From positions 32,001-96,000 of the IMG/VR virus record IMGVR_UViG_3300046003_004989: 64,000 nt of DNA. One strand, written 5' to 3'. A model generated the notes under the pieces. That model searched no databases. It saw only the letters and a list, made by a program, of their open reading frames with translations, and was not told the origin of the DNA. Each line of letters begins with the position of its first letter. Position 1 is the first letter of the stretch. A program made the translations under genes and the position numbers. This document shows positions 1 to 8,901 of this stretch, piece after piece. The stretch comes from a virus.

Positions 1-1152
1 TTCGGTTGGTACTGGAACTTTGGAAGAAACGATGTAAATCTTGAATCTTTGTAGAATTGCATCGAATTTATCCTTGTGAATGAAATTCTTATCTGTAAAA
101 TGTTTCCAGATGTTTTCGAATGTCATTATATCTGACGGTTGTACATTAGGACCGAATGCAATTTCAGTAACCGCTTCTGGTGTATTCGTAACAAACTTAT
201 CTTGATCGTGTAGAAGTTTAGCTGTTTTAACTAGACCTTTTGCACCCATAAGAGTTTTTGTTACTTCGAAAATACCTTGACCTAAACGTATAACGAATTG
301 TTTGTATTCTTGAGTCTCACCTTTATCTGTAAGTTTCGTTGCTTCTTTTTTGCATTCAGAAACAACTGACATGAGAAGTACATTTCTGTACATCCCTTTA
401 TATTTTGATTCTGCTGCTCTAAAATCAGGTGAGTGATACATGAAAGTTGACCAATCTAGTGAAGATGTCATCATCAAATCAACTTGAGCAATTCCATTAG
501 ATGCTTTACCTGCAATTGGAACGCCAATAGAAACTTGATTAAATCCAACTGATTTTACTACAGTTATGCCGTTCTTCTTCATTGTTGCTTCAACAAAATC
601 AAGAACATCAGGGATAGAAATTGAATTTACTCCAGCAATACGATCCATTGAACAAGCAATATCCAAGTCACCTGAAAGCTGATCAGCTAGTTTTTTATTG
701 AATGAACCGATCGGTTTTGCAGAATCTTTATCTAAACCGATAAGTGGAAGAATCTTCTTTACTACATAATCGAATGTACCTACAGCTTCTTCTTGTGTCA
801 TAGGACGAGATTCAACTGCATTACCACCCTCATTAACAAATTCTACGGATTCTTCAACGAAATTCTCAACTCGTATAATTGATTTCGGATGATCTTTCAT
901 TGCATCGTGGTCATGAGGAACTAGGAATTCTTCACCGTCTTTCTTTCTAACATTATTCCAAACTCTTTTCAGGATGAATCCTTTCTTAGTATTGCTAATT
1001 ACACGAGAAACTTCTCCTACATTTGGTCCATCGGCAATATAATCACCTGGAGCAACGTCATCCCAATTAACATTTTGAGTTTTGTATTTGTTACTTGTTC
1101 TGTTGAACTTGTTTTCTAGAACAGTATCAACGAATTGTTTGAATTTTAACAT
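1..1152 (-). CDS. Pol-beta-superfamily nucleotidyltransferase with capsid-targeting-like leader (partial; runs off the window start; missing from the ORF track)
   Basis: Manual translation from ATG at 1152 (TAATG overlap): MLKFKQFVDTVLE...EFVNE/GGNAV...IGSFNKK...SGDLDIA...QVDLM, no stop seen before position 1; GS/DxD/D is the Pol-beta NTase signature. Confidence 0.75.
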   Translation of the reverse strand, partial: MLKFKQFVDTVLENKFNRTSNKYKTQNVNWDDVAPGDYIADGPNVGEVSRVISNTKKGFILKRVWNNVRKKDGEEFLVPHDHDAMKDHPKSIIRVENFVEESVEFVNEGGNAVESRPMTQEEAVGTFDYVVKKILPLIGLDKDSAKPIGSFNKKLADQLSGDLDIACSMDRIAGVNSISIPDVLDFVEATMKKNGITVVKSVGFNQVSIGVPIAGKASNGIAQVDLMMTSSLDWSTFMYHSPDFRAAESKYKGMYRNVLLMSVVSECKKEATKLTDKGETQEYKQFVIRLGQGIFEVTKTLMGAKGLVKTAKLLHDQDKFVTNTPEAVTEIAFGPNVQPSDIMTFENIWKHFTDKNFIHKDKFDAILQRFKIYIVSSKVPVPTE

Positions 1153-1769
1153 TATTTAATTTGGCTTATGTTAGTTACTTTTTTACCTTTTTTCTCTTCA
1201 TCATCAGCATCTGCAAAGAAAAGTAAACCTGCTTTAATTAATCTATTGTAGATTTCGTCTTTAACGATTCCAAAATCAATTGTGTCTGATGAATTTTCCC
1301 AAGTATCAGCAACGTATTCTGGATCGATCCAACCGTAACCTGATTTGATATTCTTAACCATGTCTGCAAAATCCATCTCAAATGCTTTTACTGCTCCTTC
1401 ATTCACAGACTCTTGAATATTCAACGGCTTCACTTTTGGATTTCTAGATCCTCTATAAACTGCGTTAAGCAATTTCTTATAGTCTTCAGGAGAATAGAAT
1501 TCTTCTTCCAATCCACAATAAACGAATTTAACATCCGAAGTGTTCATTGATTTTCCTGCATCTTTTCCGTGAGATATGAGGTTCGATGTTCTTTGTGTTA
1601 CAATTGCTGATCTTCCATCTTTCGTAAAGAAGATATCAATACCTTGACCTTCATATGCCTTAACAAAAGTTAAAGGTAAATCATGGTTCAGGTTATATGC
1701 AAGTTCTTCACCCCAAGTTATTCTTGCTTCATTGACAAAATCTTCGAAGCTTGGTATGTGTTTGTTCAT
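1152..1769 (-). CDS. Leader-bearing putative internal head protein, two segments
   Basis: MNKHIPSFEDFVNE leader; internal ESVNE. Confidence 0.7.
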   Translation of the reverse strand: MNKHIPSFEDFVNEARITWGEELAYNLNHDLPLTFVKAYEGQGIDIFFTKDGRSAIVTQRTSNLISHGKDAGKSMNTSDVKFVYCGLEEEFYSPEDYKKLLNAVYRGSRNPKVKPLNIQESVNEGAVKAFEMDFADMVKNIKSGYGWIDPEYVADTWENSSDTIDFGIVKDEIYNRLIKAGLLFFADADDEEKKGKKVTNISQIK

Positions 1770-1771
1770 TT

Positions 1772-2446
1772 TTATGATTGTTTGTTTAGTATTTCGAATG
1801 TTCTAGGTTGCTCGTCTAAGTATGCTTTAGTATCAACCCAAACTTGTCCTAAATGCTTCTCGTTTTCCTTATCAGTGATATCATATATCGTTAGTAAGGT
1901 TGTGTTAACTGATTGACCTTCCTTACCTTGCATTTTAAGTTGATAATCATTCAACCAATATTGAGAATTATGAATTCTGTATGTAGGTCTGTCTGGTCTA
2001 TTACCATGAGGCTTAACTATGAAATATTGAAAGTGTGCGAACATTGTTCCACCTTCAAAATCCCAGATTCTTTCCATTGCTTCATCCGTTGTTGCAGATG
2101 TTCTAGGCATAAGCTTCTTAAACAGCTTAGGATCGATAGAATTCTTTTTGTCCAAGACTACAGGTTTGAAATTATTAAATGTAGTTTCATTTAGAACTGA
2201 TTCATTTAGAATTTCTTGAACTCTAGAAATTATCTCGTCTTTCATTCCTTTCTTTGTAGCTTGGAATAAAGCTGGACTATATTTCTTAATTGCTTTTTCT
2301 ATTTGTTCATCAGTGAATTTTCCGTCTTCATCAGCACTAGTATGATTTGGCATAGAATAAGCTAGATCTTTTGCAGCTTTTTCTATTCCAGGATGAGATA
2401 TTTTAGCCTCATTAACGAATGATTCGAATGTAGGTATATTTTTCAT
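1772..2446 (-). CDS. Leader-bearing putative internal head protein, two segments
   Basis: MKNIPTFESFVNE leader; internal ILNESVLNE. Confidence 0.7.
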   Translation of the reverse strand: MKNIPTFESFVNEAKISHPGIEKAAKDLAYSMPNHTSADEDGKFTDEQIEKAIKKYSPALFQATKKGMKDEIISRVQEILNESVLNETTFNNFKPVVLDKKNSIDPKLFKKLMPRTSATTDEAMERIWDFEGGTMFAHFQYFIVKPHGNRPDRPTYRIHNSQYWLNDYQLKMQGKEGQSVNTTLLTIYDITDKENEKHLGQVWVDTKAYLDEQPRTFEILNKQS

Positions 2447-3252
2447 TATGATAGATTCTTTTTAAGTTCGTTATAGAATGGATGTACAGACTTAGGAGTC
2501 ATTTCGTCAAATGTTTTCTTATCATCTGCAAGGATTGCTTCACGTACTTTAGTACCTGAAGGACCTCCAGTTTGACGATCATCTACATTTTTTAGAATGA
2601 ATGGTTCAGATACAGGTACGTCCGATTTTTCAGAATTGATGTATTTAATTTGTGGTTCGTAAGCTTTCATACGATCAGAACCAGCACCCATTCCGATTGA
2701 TTCATATCCTTTTTCACGTAGGAATTTAACCATTTGTGGAATTACTGTCTTTCTATCGGATGGATATAAGAAGTAGTCTGCCATAAAGCTAAATTCTTTT
2801 GCAACTGCTTTACCAATCTTTTGAAGTAAAGCATCAGGAAAAGGAGACTTATCAGTTTTAGATAGGATTTGAAGTGGAATAACTTTCACACCGAATTGTT
2901 TTGAAGTTCTTTCTAGAGCTGCAATATGTCCGTTATGAAAAGGTTGGAAACGGCCAGGGAAGATACAAACTCTTTCACCGCTAGCAGCTTCAAACATAAA
3001 TAGACCTGCAGTTTCATTAATGGCACCTTTCTGAATAAACATATTCAAATTGATAGTCATTGTGCTACCACCTTTAATAGGTTTTACTGTAAGTATTGCA
3101 CCATTGTTTTTAACGACTTCGTATCTTGATCCTAGATAGAGGACGATTGAACCTACTTCGATAGCTTCAAATTCCTCGACACTCATCTTTTGACCATAAG
3201 CTTTCTTAAAGCCTTCATTAATAAATTGGTCGAATGCAGGTATGTTTTTCAT
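2446..3252 (-). CDS. HIGH-family cytidylyltransferase-like nucleotidyltransferase with leader and small N-terminal beta domain
   Basis: MKNIPAFDQFINE leader; FPGRFQPFHNGH (HxGH), GSDR, SGTKVRE motifs. Confidence 0.8.
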   Translation of the reverse strand: MKNIPAFDQFINEGFKKAYGQKMSVEEFEAIEVGSIVLYLGSRYEVVKNNGAILTVKPIKGGSTMTINLNMFIQKGAINETAGLFMFEAASGERVCIFPGRFQPFHNGHIAALERTSKQFGVKVIPLQILSKTDKSPFPDALLQKIGKAVAKEFSFMADYFLYPSDRKTVIPQMVKFLREKGYESIGMGAGSDRMKAYEPQIKYINSEKSDVPVSEPFILKNVDDRQTGGPSGTKVREAILADDKKTFDEMTPKSVHPFYNELKKNLS

Positions 3253-3268
3253 ATTACTTTTTATAAGA

Positions 3269-3305
3269 CAAATATAATCAATTTCTGCTTAACAGAAAAA
3301 CTTTT
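3269..3305 (-). promoter_or_regulatory. Bacteroidota-type -7 promoter (TTATATTTG) in a 37 bp element duplicated at 8865-8901
   Basis: caaatataatcaatttctgcttaacagaaaaactttt just upstream of the 3252 start; matches TAnnTTTG. Confidence 0.65.
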
Positions 3306-3323
3306 TGTCAATTATTTTTGATT

Positions 3324-3602
3324 TTATTTTACTTCTTCAGTTGAATCTTTGTCCCATTCACCCTTTTTAACAAATCCATGAACTGCAAAGTTAGCACGAG
3401 GTTCACCAGTAGTTTTCACCAATTTATCAATTGCCATATCTTCAGCTTTAGTGTTTTTAACACCTTTAATGTATCGAGCCTTGTATTGCTTTTTGGTTTT
3501 AAAATCTCCAAGAATAAATCCATCATAGAATTTAGTCATATCTCCTTCATTAATTATAGATTCATTAATGAAGTCTTCGAATGTTGGTATGTGTTTATTC
3601 AT
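3324..3602 (-). CDS. Leader-bearing putative internal head protein
   Basis: MNKHIPTFEDFINESIINE. Confidence 0.7.
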   Translation of the reverse strand: MNKHIPTFEDFINESIINEGDMTKFYDGFILGDFKTKKQYKARYIKGVKNTKAEDMAIDKLVKTTGEPRANFAVHGFVKKGEWDKDSTEEVK

Positions 3603-3603
3603 T

Positions 3604-4071
3604 TTAGTATACTCTTTTTAGGTTTATTGATTTTTTATGACGATGTCCCATCATTTCATTTGCTGCAAATGATTCAAATCCAAGTTCTTTAATTGCATCA
3701 AGGATTCCATTTTCTCTTGTTATCCACTCTTCTAATGCATTGAACATATCTTCCAATTCAGCTTTTGATGTTTCTTTTGTAATTCCTCTCATAGGCAAGT
3801 GTTTATCACAAACACCTTTCCATTGTTGAACTAGGCTATCGAAGTATTGTTGATGATATAGTGTATAAGCTGCTTGGAATTCTGGATTCAAAACAATAGA
3901 AACTTTATCTTCTTTGGTTTTAGCTTTTGTAGCAGGGAATCTCTTTCCTACCTCATAGCTTTTACTAACCAACCATTTATGTATGTCGGCTGCTTTAATT
4001 TTTGGATCGTCTAATGTTTTGTATTGAACTGATTCATTTACAAAATCTTCAAATGTTGGTATATTTTTCAT
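3604..4071 (-). CDS. Leader-bearing putative internal head protein
   Basis: MKNIPTFEDFVNE. Confidence 0.7.
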   Translation of the reverse strand: MKNIPTFEDFVNESVQYKTLDDPKIKAADIHKWLVSKSYEVGKRFPATKAKTKEDKVSIVLNPEFQAAYTLYHQQYFDSLVQQWKGVCDKHLPMRGITKETSKAELEDMFNALEEWITRENGILDAIKELGFESFAANEMMGHRHKKSINLKRVY

Positions 4072-4748
4072 TACTTTAATAATTTTCTAATGTTTTCGAT
4101 AACTATTGATCGATGATTGATAACTGCCTGAGCTTCTTTAGGATGTCTTTGCATAAGTTTCATCGTTTCTCTTGCCCAATTTTCTATTTCACGAGTTAGC
4201 TCAAGAGTTTTTGGCCAAGTAGAATCGTTAACGACATCAAAATCTTGATTACCTTCTAGAGATTCAATTCCAGTTTCTACGCTTTTATCGATGTTCGACC
4301 AATATCCACCTCCTTTAGAACTTATGATAGTTCCAACTGGTACTTTTACTTTTCTAGTTCCTCTGATATTTTTAACTTCGGTGTCTTTATTAGCAATATA
4401 AACATTCCAATATTCTCCACCAACTGATAAAAATCTAGATTCATTCATAGCCGATTCAGTAAGATTACCTCCACTGTCAATTCCAGCACTATGCCAATAA
4501 TCGCCTTTACCATTATAAGTTTTAGTAAATGCTACATATTCTTTTGTTTTAGGATTCCAAAAGTGACTTTCACCATTAGAGGCTGCCATCATTTTCAAAA
4601 TACCGCTTTTAGCATCTTTTATGAGTTTTAATTGAACTGCTCTAGTTAGAGGCTCTCTGACAGTTAATTTATCCGTAGATGCTGCAGAGAGAGCTTCATT
4701 GAGAACAGGCTCATTAACAAAGTCTTCAAATTGTGGTATATTTTTCAT
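4071..4748 (-). CDS. Leader-bearing putative internal head protein, two segments
   Basis: MKNIPQFEDFVNEPVLNE; internal LTESAMNE. Confidence 0.7.
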   Translation of the reverse strand: MKNIPQFEDFVNEPVLNEALSAASTDKLTVREPLTRAVQLKLIKDAKSGILKMMAASNGESHFWNPKTKEYVAFTKTYNGKGDYWHSAGIDSGGNLTESAMNESRFLSVGGEYWNVYIANKDTEVKNIRGTRKVKVPVGTIISSKGGGYWSNIDKSVETGIESLEGNQDFDVVNDSTWPKTLELTREIENWARETMKLMQRHPKEAQAVINHRSIVIENIRKLLK

Positions 4749-4754
4749 AATTGA

Positions 4755-5621
4755 TTAGTTGCTCCAACTAGCTGCTACGCTTAATCGAAGATTATATTTT
4801 TTTGCGAATTTTTCTAATTGGTCCATGATTCTTCCTTGGAAAGTTGAGAATTTGCTATACTCTTTAGAAGATGTAGTATTTCCTCCATATTCATTTTCAT
4901 GACGATACTCTCTAGGTTCATCAATTCTCATACGAACTTCTCGATTTTTCAAATCTAAATAAGGAGATCTTACTTCAATTCTTAATTTACTAGCATAAGT
5001 TCTCATTTCATTGTATAGAGGATCTATCTTAGCAGAAAGTTTTCTGAAGTCGTCTTCAATACGCTTTCTATCATTAGCGAGTTTTTGAGCTTGTCTAGGA
5101 TTGAAATATGCACCCATTTTCTTTTCATATTCATCGAAAATATGTACAATATCTTGTAAAACTCCAGTATGATTAGAGATTGATTTGTAACCTCCATAAA
5201 CTACATTTCCAGTTTTAAGAATATCACCATCTGTGTCTCTTATACCGTCGAAATAATGACCGAATGAATATTGAGGCTTACTCGTTGAATTACCTGAAGA
5301 GTATTGGAAAGGTCCGTCTGCATAAGTAGATCTACTCATACCTTTCACAGCAATAACTACTACGAGATTTCCACCATAATTCCATTCAGAACGATAAACA
5401 TATACGTCTAGTGGAACTTTGAGATTTTTGCTTAGATATTTAACAGCTTCAATTCCTTTACCGAAGTTAGTATTAGTTTCGTTACCTTCAGGAGTTCCTT
5501 TAATAGCTTTTAAGAAATTAGCTGGAGACATCGGCTCCATTGAATTGAAAAGAGGTTTTTTGTCTTTAGTATAGAGCATATCTTCATTAATAAAGTCCTC
5601 AAATATTGGAATGTTTATCAT
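4755..5621 (-). CDS. Leader-bearing putative internal head protein
   Basis: MINIPIFEDFINE. Confidence 0.7.
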   Translation of the reverse strand: MINIPIFEDFINEDMLYTKDKKPLFNSMEPMSPANFLKAIKGTPEGNETNTNFGKGIEAVKYLSKNLKVPLDVYVYRSEWNYGGNLVVVIAVKGMSRSTYADGPFQYSSGNSTSKPQYSFGHYFDGIRDTDGDILKTGNVVYGGYKSISNHTGVLQDIVHIFDEYEKKMGAYFNPRQAQKLANDRKRIEDDFRKLSAKIDPLYNEMRTYASKLRIEVRSPYLDLKNREVRMRIDEPREYRHENEYGGNTTSSKEYSKFSTFQGRIMDQLEKFAKKYNLRLSVAASWSN

Positions 5622-5658
5622 TATCTTCTTTTACTTTAGTTATTTATTCGAGATCAAA

Positions 5659-6417
5659 TTAGTCCCAAACTTCGGTGTATGTTCCACCAACAATCATAAC
5701 TCCTTGTTTCCAATCGAAATCAACTCTATCTTTTCTAAAGAAAAAATGATTTTTGATTATTTCTTCGGTTTGTTCTTCAGTCTTACCAAAAGCTACATTA
5801 AGATCTTTAATTACATAAGCTTTATCGTAAGATTTTGTGATATGAGTTGATGCTTGACTTCCATAACCCTGATCTCTTGTATTGATCGTTTTATAGTCGG
5901 CTTTTGATGATTTCCAGAATTGTATGATTCTATTAATCATATCATCATTAAGGGGTTGTTTCTGTGAGAATTTGATCCAATCTTTTACTTGCTTTGCGAT
6001 ATTAGCTTTCTTCGGATTTGATAGATCGAAAGCACGATAATTGTTAATGTAATCGTTTCCTGATACGCCAATTCCACCTCTAGGTTCTCTAGGCTGCTTA
6101 TCAGAAATTACTTCGGTGATCGTGATTGAAGCTTTTATCCACATATTACCAACATTACAGTTTTGTAAAATTTTTGCACGTTTAGCATCTATCCAAGACC
6201 AATCGTTAGTCTCATATTTATTAGATATGTGAATATGTCCGTTACCGTAGTCATAATACTTATCTTCTTTTCCACCTCTTTGATATGCTACATCTTTAAA
6301 GTTAGAAGTTAGTGCAGTTTGTAATTGTCTATCTAGAGCAGCATCTAGAGGATTGATTGTTCCTTCATTTAGAGTTGATTCATTAATGAAGTCTTCGAAT
6401 TGTGGGATATTTTTCAT
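5659..6417 (-). CDS. Leader-bearing putative internal head protein
   Basis: MKNIPQFEDFINESTLNE. Confidence 0.7.
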   Translation of the reverse strand: MKNIPQFEDFINESTLNEGTINPLDAALDRQLQTALTSNFKDVAYQRGGKEDKYYDYGNGHIHISNKYETNDWSWIDAKRAKILQNCNVGNMWIKASITITEVISDKQPREPRGGIGVSGNDYINNYRAFDLSNPKKANIAKQVKDWIKFSQKQPLNDDMINRIIQFWKSSKADYKTINTRDQGYGSQASTHITKSYDKAYVIKDLNVAFGKTEEQTEEIIKNHFFFRKDRVDFDWKQGVMIVGGTYTEVWD

Positions 6418-6818
6418 TATTTGTAATTTTTATTTAAGTACCAATCAATATCAGCCTTATCATAACCTAAAAGCTCACCGATTTTTTTGCTTTCCTGTTT
6501 AGTAGCCTCATATGATAGAAACCCACCATATTTATTAGCAATCTTTGCTAATTCTTTGGCTTTTTTCTCGGCACCTTTATTAAAATAAATATAAGCTTCG
6601 TATGGATTTTCAGGTAATTTGATTGTTCCTAAATTATTAGTCTTAATTAAATTCCAAAATTCATCTTTATTTATATCGACCGAAGTTTTGATAGTAATAA
6701 ATCCCACATCTCGCTTTCCGTCGATAACAGTTTGTATACCACTTTTATCTCGGTGAGCTTCTTCCGCTTTGATACTTTCAGATACGAATTCGTCGAATGT
6801 AGGAATGTGTATGTTCAT
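6417..6818 (-). CDS. Leader-bearing putative internal head protein
   Basis: MNIHIPTFDEFVSE. Confidence 0.7.
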   Translation of the reverse strand: MNIHIPTFDEFVSESIKAEEAHRDKSGIQTVIDGKRDVGFITIKTSVDINKDEFWNLIKTNNLGTIKLPENPYEAYIYFNKGAEKKAKELAKIANKYGGFLSYEATKQESKKIGELLGYDKADIDWYLNKNYK

Positions 6819-6827
6819 TTCACCTTT

Positions 6828-7517
6828 TTATATTTTTCCAGCTTTTACTCTATCTCTAGAAACACTGTTGATGTATTTTAGCTCATCTGCAGTCAATTTA
6901 GGAGAGATTAATTTTTTCCATTGTCCTTCTTGTTTAGCTTTAGGTAACTGCAAAAATTCAATAACGTCTTGATCGTTTTTTAGCTTATCAAGTATTGATT
7001 GAACTGCTTTATCTCTCTTATGTTCTCTCCACCAATCTTTTAAATCTTCAATTGGATGGAAGTCTACTCTATTTGCTAACATTGCAATTTGACCACCTAC
7101 TGCAGCTGCTTGTAGCATTAGTATCACTGTCATTGCGTCTTCATTAATAGGTTCAACTGATTCTCTAACGATATCGAAAAATTTCTTACGATCTGCAGGC
7201 CAAAATTGTTTTTGTCCTGGAATCTCGTCTAAGCATCTAAATGACATAGGCATAGAAGATCCTAAATCATTTTCATGTTCATCTTGATATGAAGTTACCC
7301 ATTTTCTAACTTTGTCATTTGCGTCTTTAACGACTACTCTAACAGCAAAACCTTTTGGGTGAGATTTTAACATTTGATAATCTATTGCATCAATTTTTAA
7401 TTCTCTTTCTAGGTCATCAATGAATTTAGCTGCAACTTTATTAGCTTTATCAGCAGCTGAGGCTTCGTTAAGAATAGATTCATTAACGAATTCTTCGAAT
7501 TGGGGAATATTTTTCAT
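6828..7517 (-). CDS. Leader-bearing putative internal head protein, two segments
   Basis: MKNIPQFEEFVNESILNE; internal VRESVEPINE followed by a hydrophobic helix. Confidence 0.7.
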   Translation of the reverse strand: MKNIPQFEEFVNESILNEASAADKANKVAAKFIDDLERELKIDAIDYQMLKSHPKGFAVRVVVKDANDKVRKWVTSYQDEHENDLGSSMPMSFRCLDEIPGQKQFWPADRKKFFDIVRESVEPINEDAMTVILMLQAAAVGGQIAMLANRVDFHPIEDLKDWWREHKRDKAVQSILDKLKNDQDVIEFLQLPKAKQEGQWKKLISPKLTADELKYINSVSRDRVKAGKI

Positions 7518-7777
7518 TTATGTTTAATGATTTTTATTTGTAAGTCTTTAGTCCCTTTGATTACTCGATGCATAGCACCTTTAGGGATGAATATCTCTTT
7601 ATTGAGCGATATAGGCAATTCATTATCGAATTGGAATTGCCAATCCGTTTTCTTAATTGCTTTTATCGTTCTGTCTTCTTCGTCCCAATGCCATTTTAAC
7701 TCCTCTTCTTCTGTTGATTGAAGGAAAGTTCGAATGTATGTGCATTCGTCTGATTGATATTCACAGTATGCTTTCAT
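7514..7777 (-). CDS. Small cupin-like protein without leader
   Basis: WHWDEEDR...WQFQFDNELP...IFIPKGAMHRVIKG cupin-like pattern. Confidence 0.55.
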   Translation of the reverse strand: MKAYCEYQSDECTYIRTFLQSTEEEELKWHWDEEDRTIKAIKKTDWQFQFDNELPISLNKEIFIPKGAMHRVIKGTKDLQIKIIKHK

Positions 7778-7778
7778 A

Positions 7779-8324
7779 TTACCAAGGTAGATCGGACTGA
7801 AGTCCTAATTGTTTATTGAAGAGTGAAGGTGCATAGCAAGACCAAAACTTTGCAGTTAGCGGATCTTGTGATTTTTTTAAGTCACATTGTTGTCTTGCCC
7901 AGTAAGAAGCTGCTGCTCCTGGATTGTCGTTTTTAATAACCATCTTAGGTTGACCCCAACCGATTTCAACGGCAATAATATTTCCGTCGTCGTCTTTCTT
8001 ACCACTATCATGATAGACTTTAAATTTTCTTTCTCCACCTCTAGTAGGTTCATCGAGTTTTACATCGATCCATTTACCATCAGCGGTTTCAAATTTCGCC
8101 TTTTCTCCGACTTTAAGATTCTTAGACATCCAAGCTTCTTTATCATTGAGAATAACGTTACCCTTATCCCACCATTCTTTAGTTTCTTCGAATAGTTTTT
8201 GATATGCTTCTGATCCAATACGGAATACAGATTCTGTAATGCCTAATCCACGATCTAAGTGATAAAGGAATGCTTCTGATGCATTCTCTCTCAAGTATTG
8301 ATCGAATTCTGGTATATTTTTCAT
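7779..8324 (-). CDS. Leader-bearing conserved phage protein (DUF6321-like C-terminus)
   Basis: MKNIPEFDQYLRE leader; KFKVY...WG.P.M.IK..NP...SYWAR..C...AKFWSC pattern recalled from large phages. Confidence 0.55.
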   Translation of the reverse strand: MKNIPEFDQYLRENASEAFLYHLDRGLGITESVFRIGSEAYQKLFEETKEWWDKGNVILNDKEAWMSKNLKVGEKAKFETADGKWIDVKLDEPTRGGERKFKVYHDSGKKDDDGNIIAVEIGWGQPKMVIKNDNPGAAASYWARQQCDLKKSQDPLTAKFWSCYAPSLFNKQLGLQSDLPW

Positions 8325-8325
8325 T

Positions 8326-8847
8326 TTACTTTTCTGATTTTTCTATATGTTGATCAGCTTTCTTTTTATCGCTTGCTGATAATTCATTGTAAAGTTTTTG
8401 TACAAATACATCATGATTTTTACCGCTATCGTAAGCTCTTGGATCGTCTGCATACATATAGTATTTATCAGACATCTCGTAATGACGTAACCATTTATCG
8501 AAAGGTTTGTACATTTTATCTTCTATTTGCTTACGGATTTGAGAATCTTGCATTTTCTTTTTATTCAAATACCATTCCCAAGAACCTCTAAACTGTCCTG
8601 TCTTAAAAGCGTGAATTATATCACCATCTTTTAATTTGATTTCGAATTTAATGCCTTTCGCATCATCACTAACGTCTTCGATAGATTTGATTTGCTTTTC
8701 AGCTTCTTCCCATTTAACAGGAATCAAATGCTTAACTGAAATAGTAACATCCATCTTAAGGTCTTCGGGAGTTCCCCAACCTTTTTTGAAGTCTGAGTAA
8801 GTTTGATACTCATTTACGAATGATTCGAATGTAGGTATATTTTTCAT
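8326..8847 (-). CDS. Leader-bearing putative internal head protein
   Basis: MKNIPTFESFVNE. Confidence 0.7.
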   Translation of the reverse strand: MKNIPTFESFVNEYQTYSDFKKGWGTPEDLKMDVTISVKHLIPVKWEEAEKQIKSIEDVSDDAKGIKFEIKLKDGDIIHAFKTGQFRGSWEWYLNKKKMQDSQIRKQIEDKMYKPFDKWLRHYEMSDKYYMYADDPRAYDSGKNHDVFVQKLYNELSASDKKKADQHIEKSEK

Positions 8848-8864
8848 ATTGTATGTTTATTTAG

Positions 8865-8901
8865 CAAATATAATCATTTTCTGATTAACAGAAAAACTTT
8901 T
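8865..8901 (-). promoter_or_regulatory. Bacteroidota-type -7 promoter, second copy of the 37 bp element
   Basis: caaatataatcattttctgattaacagaaaaactttt, 2 mismatches to 3269-3305. Confidence 0.65.
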
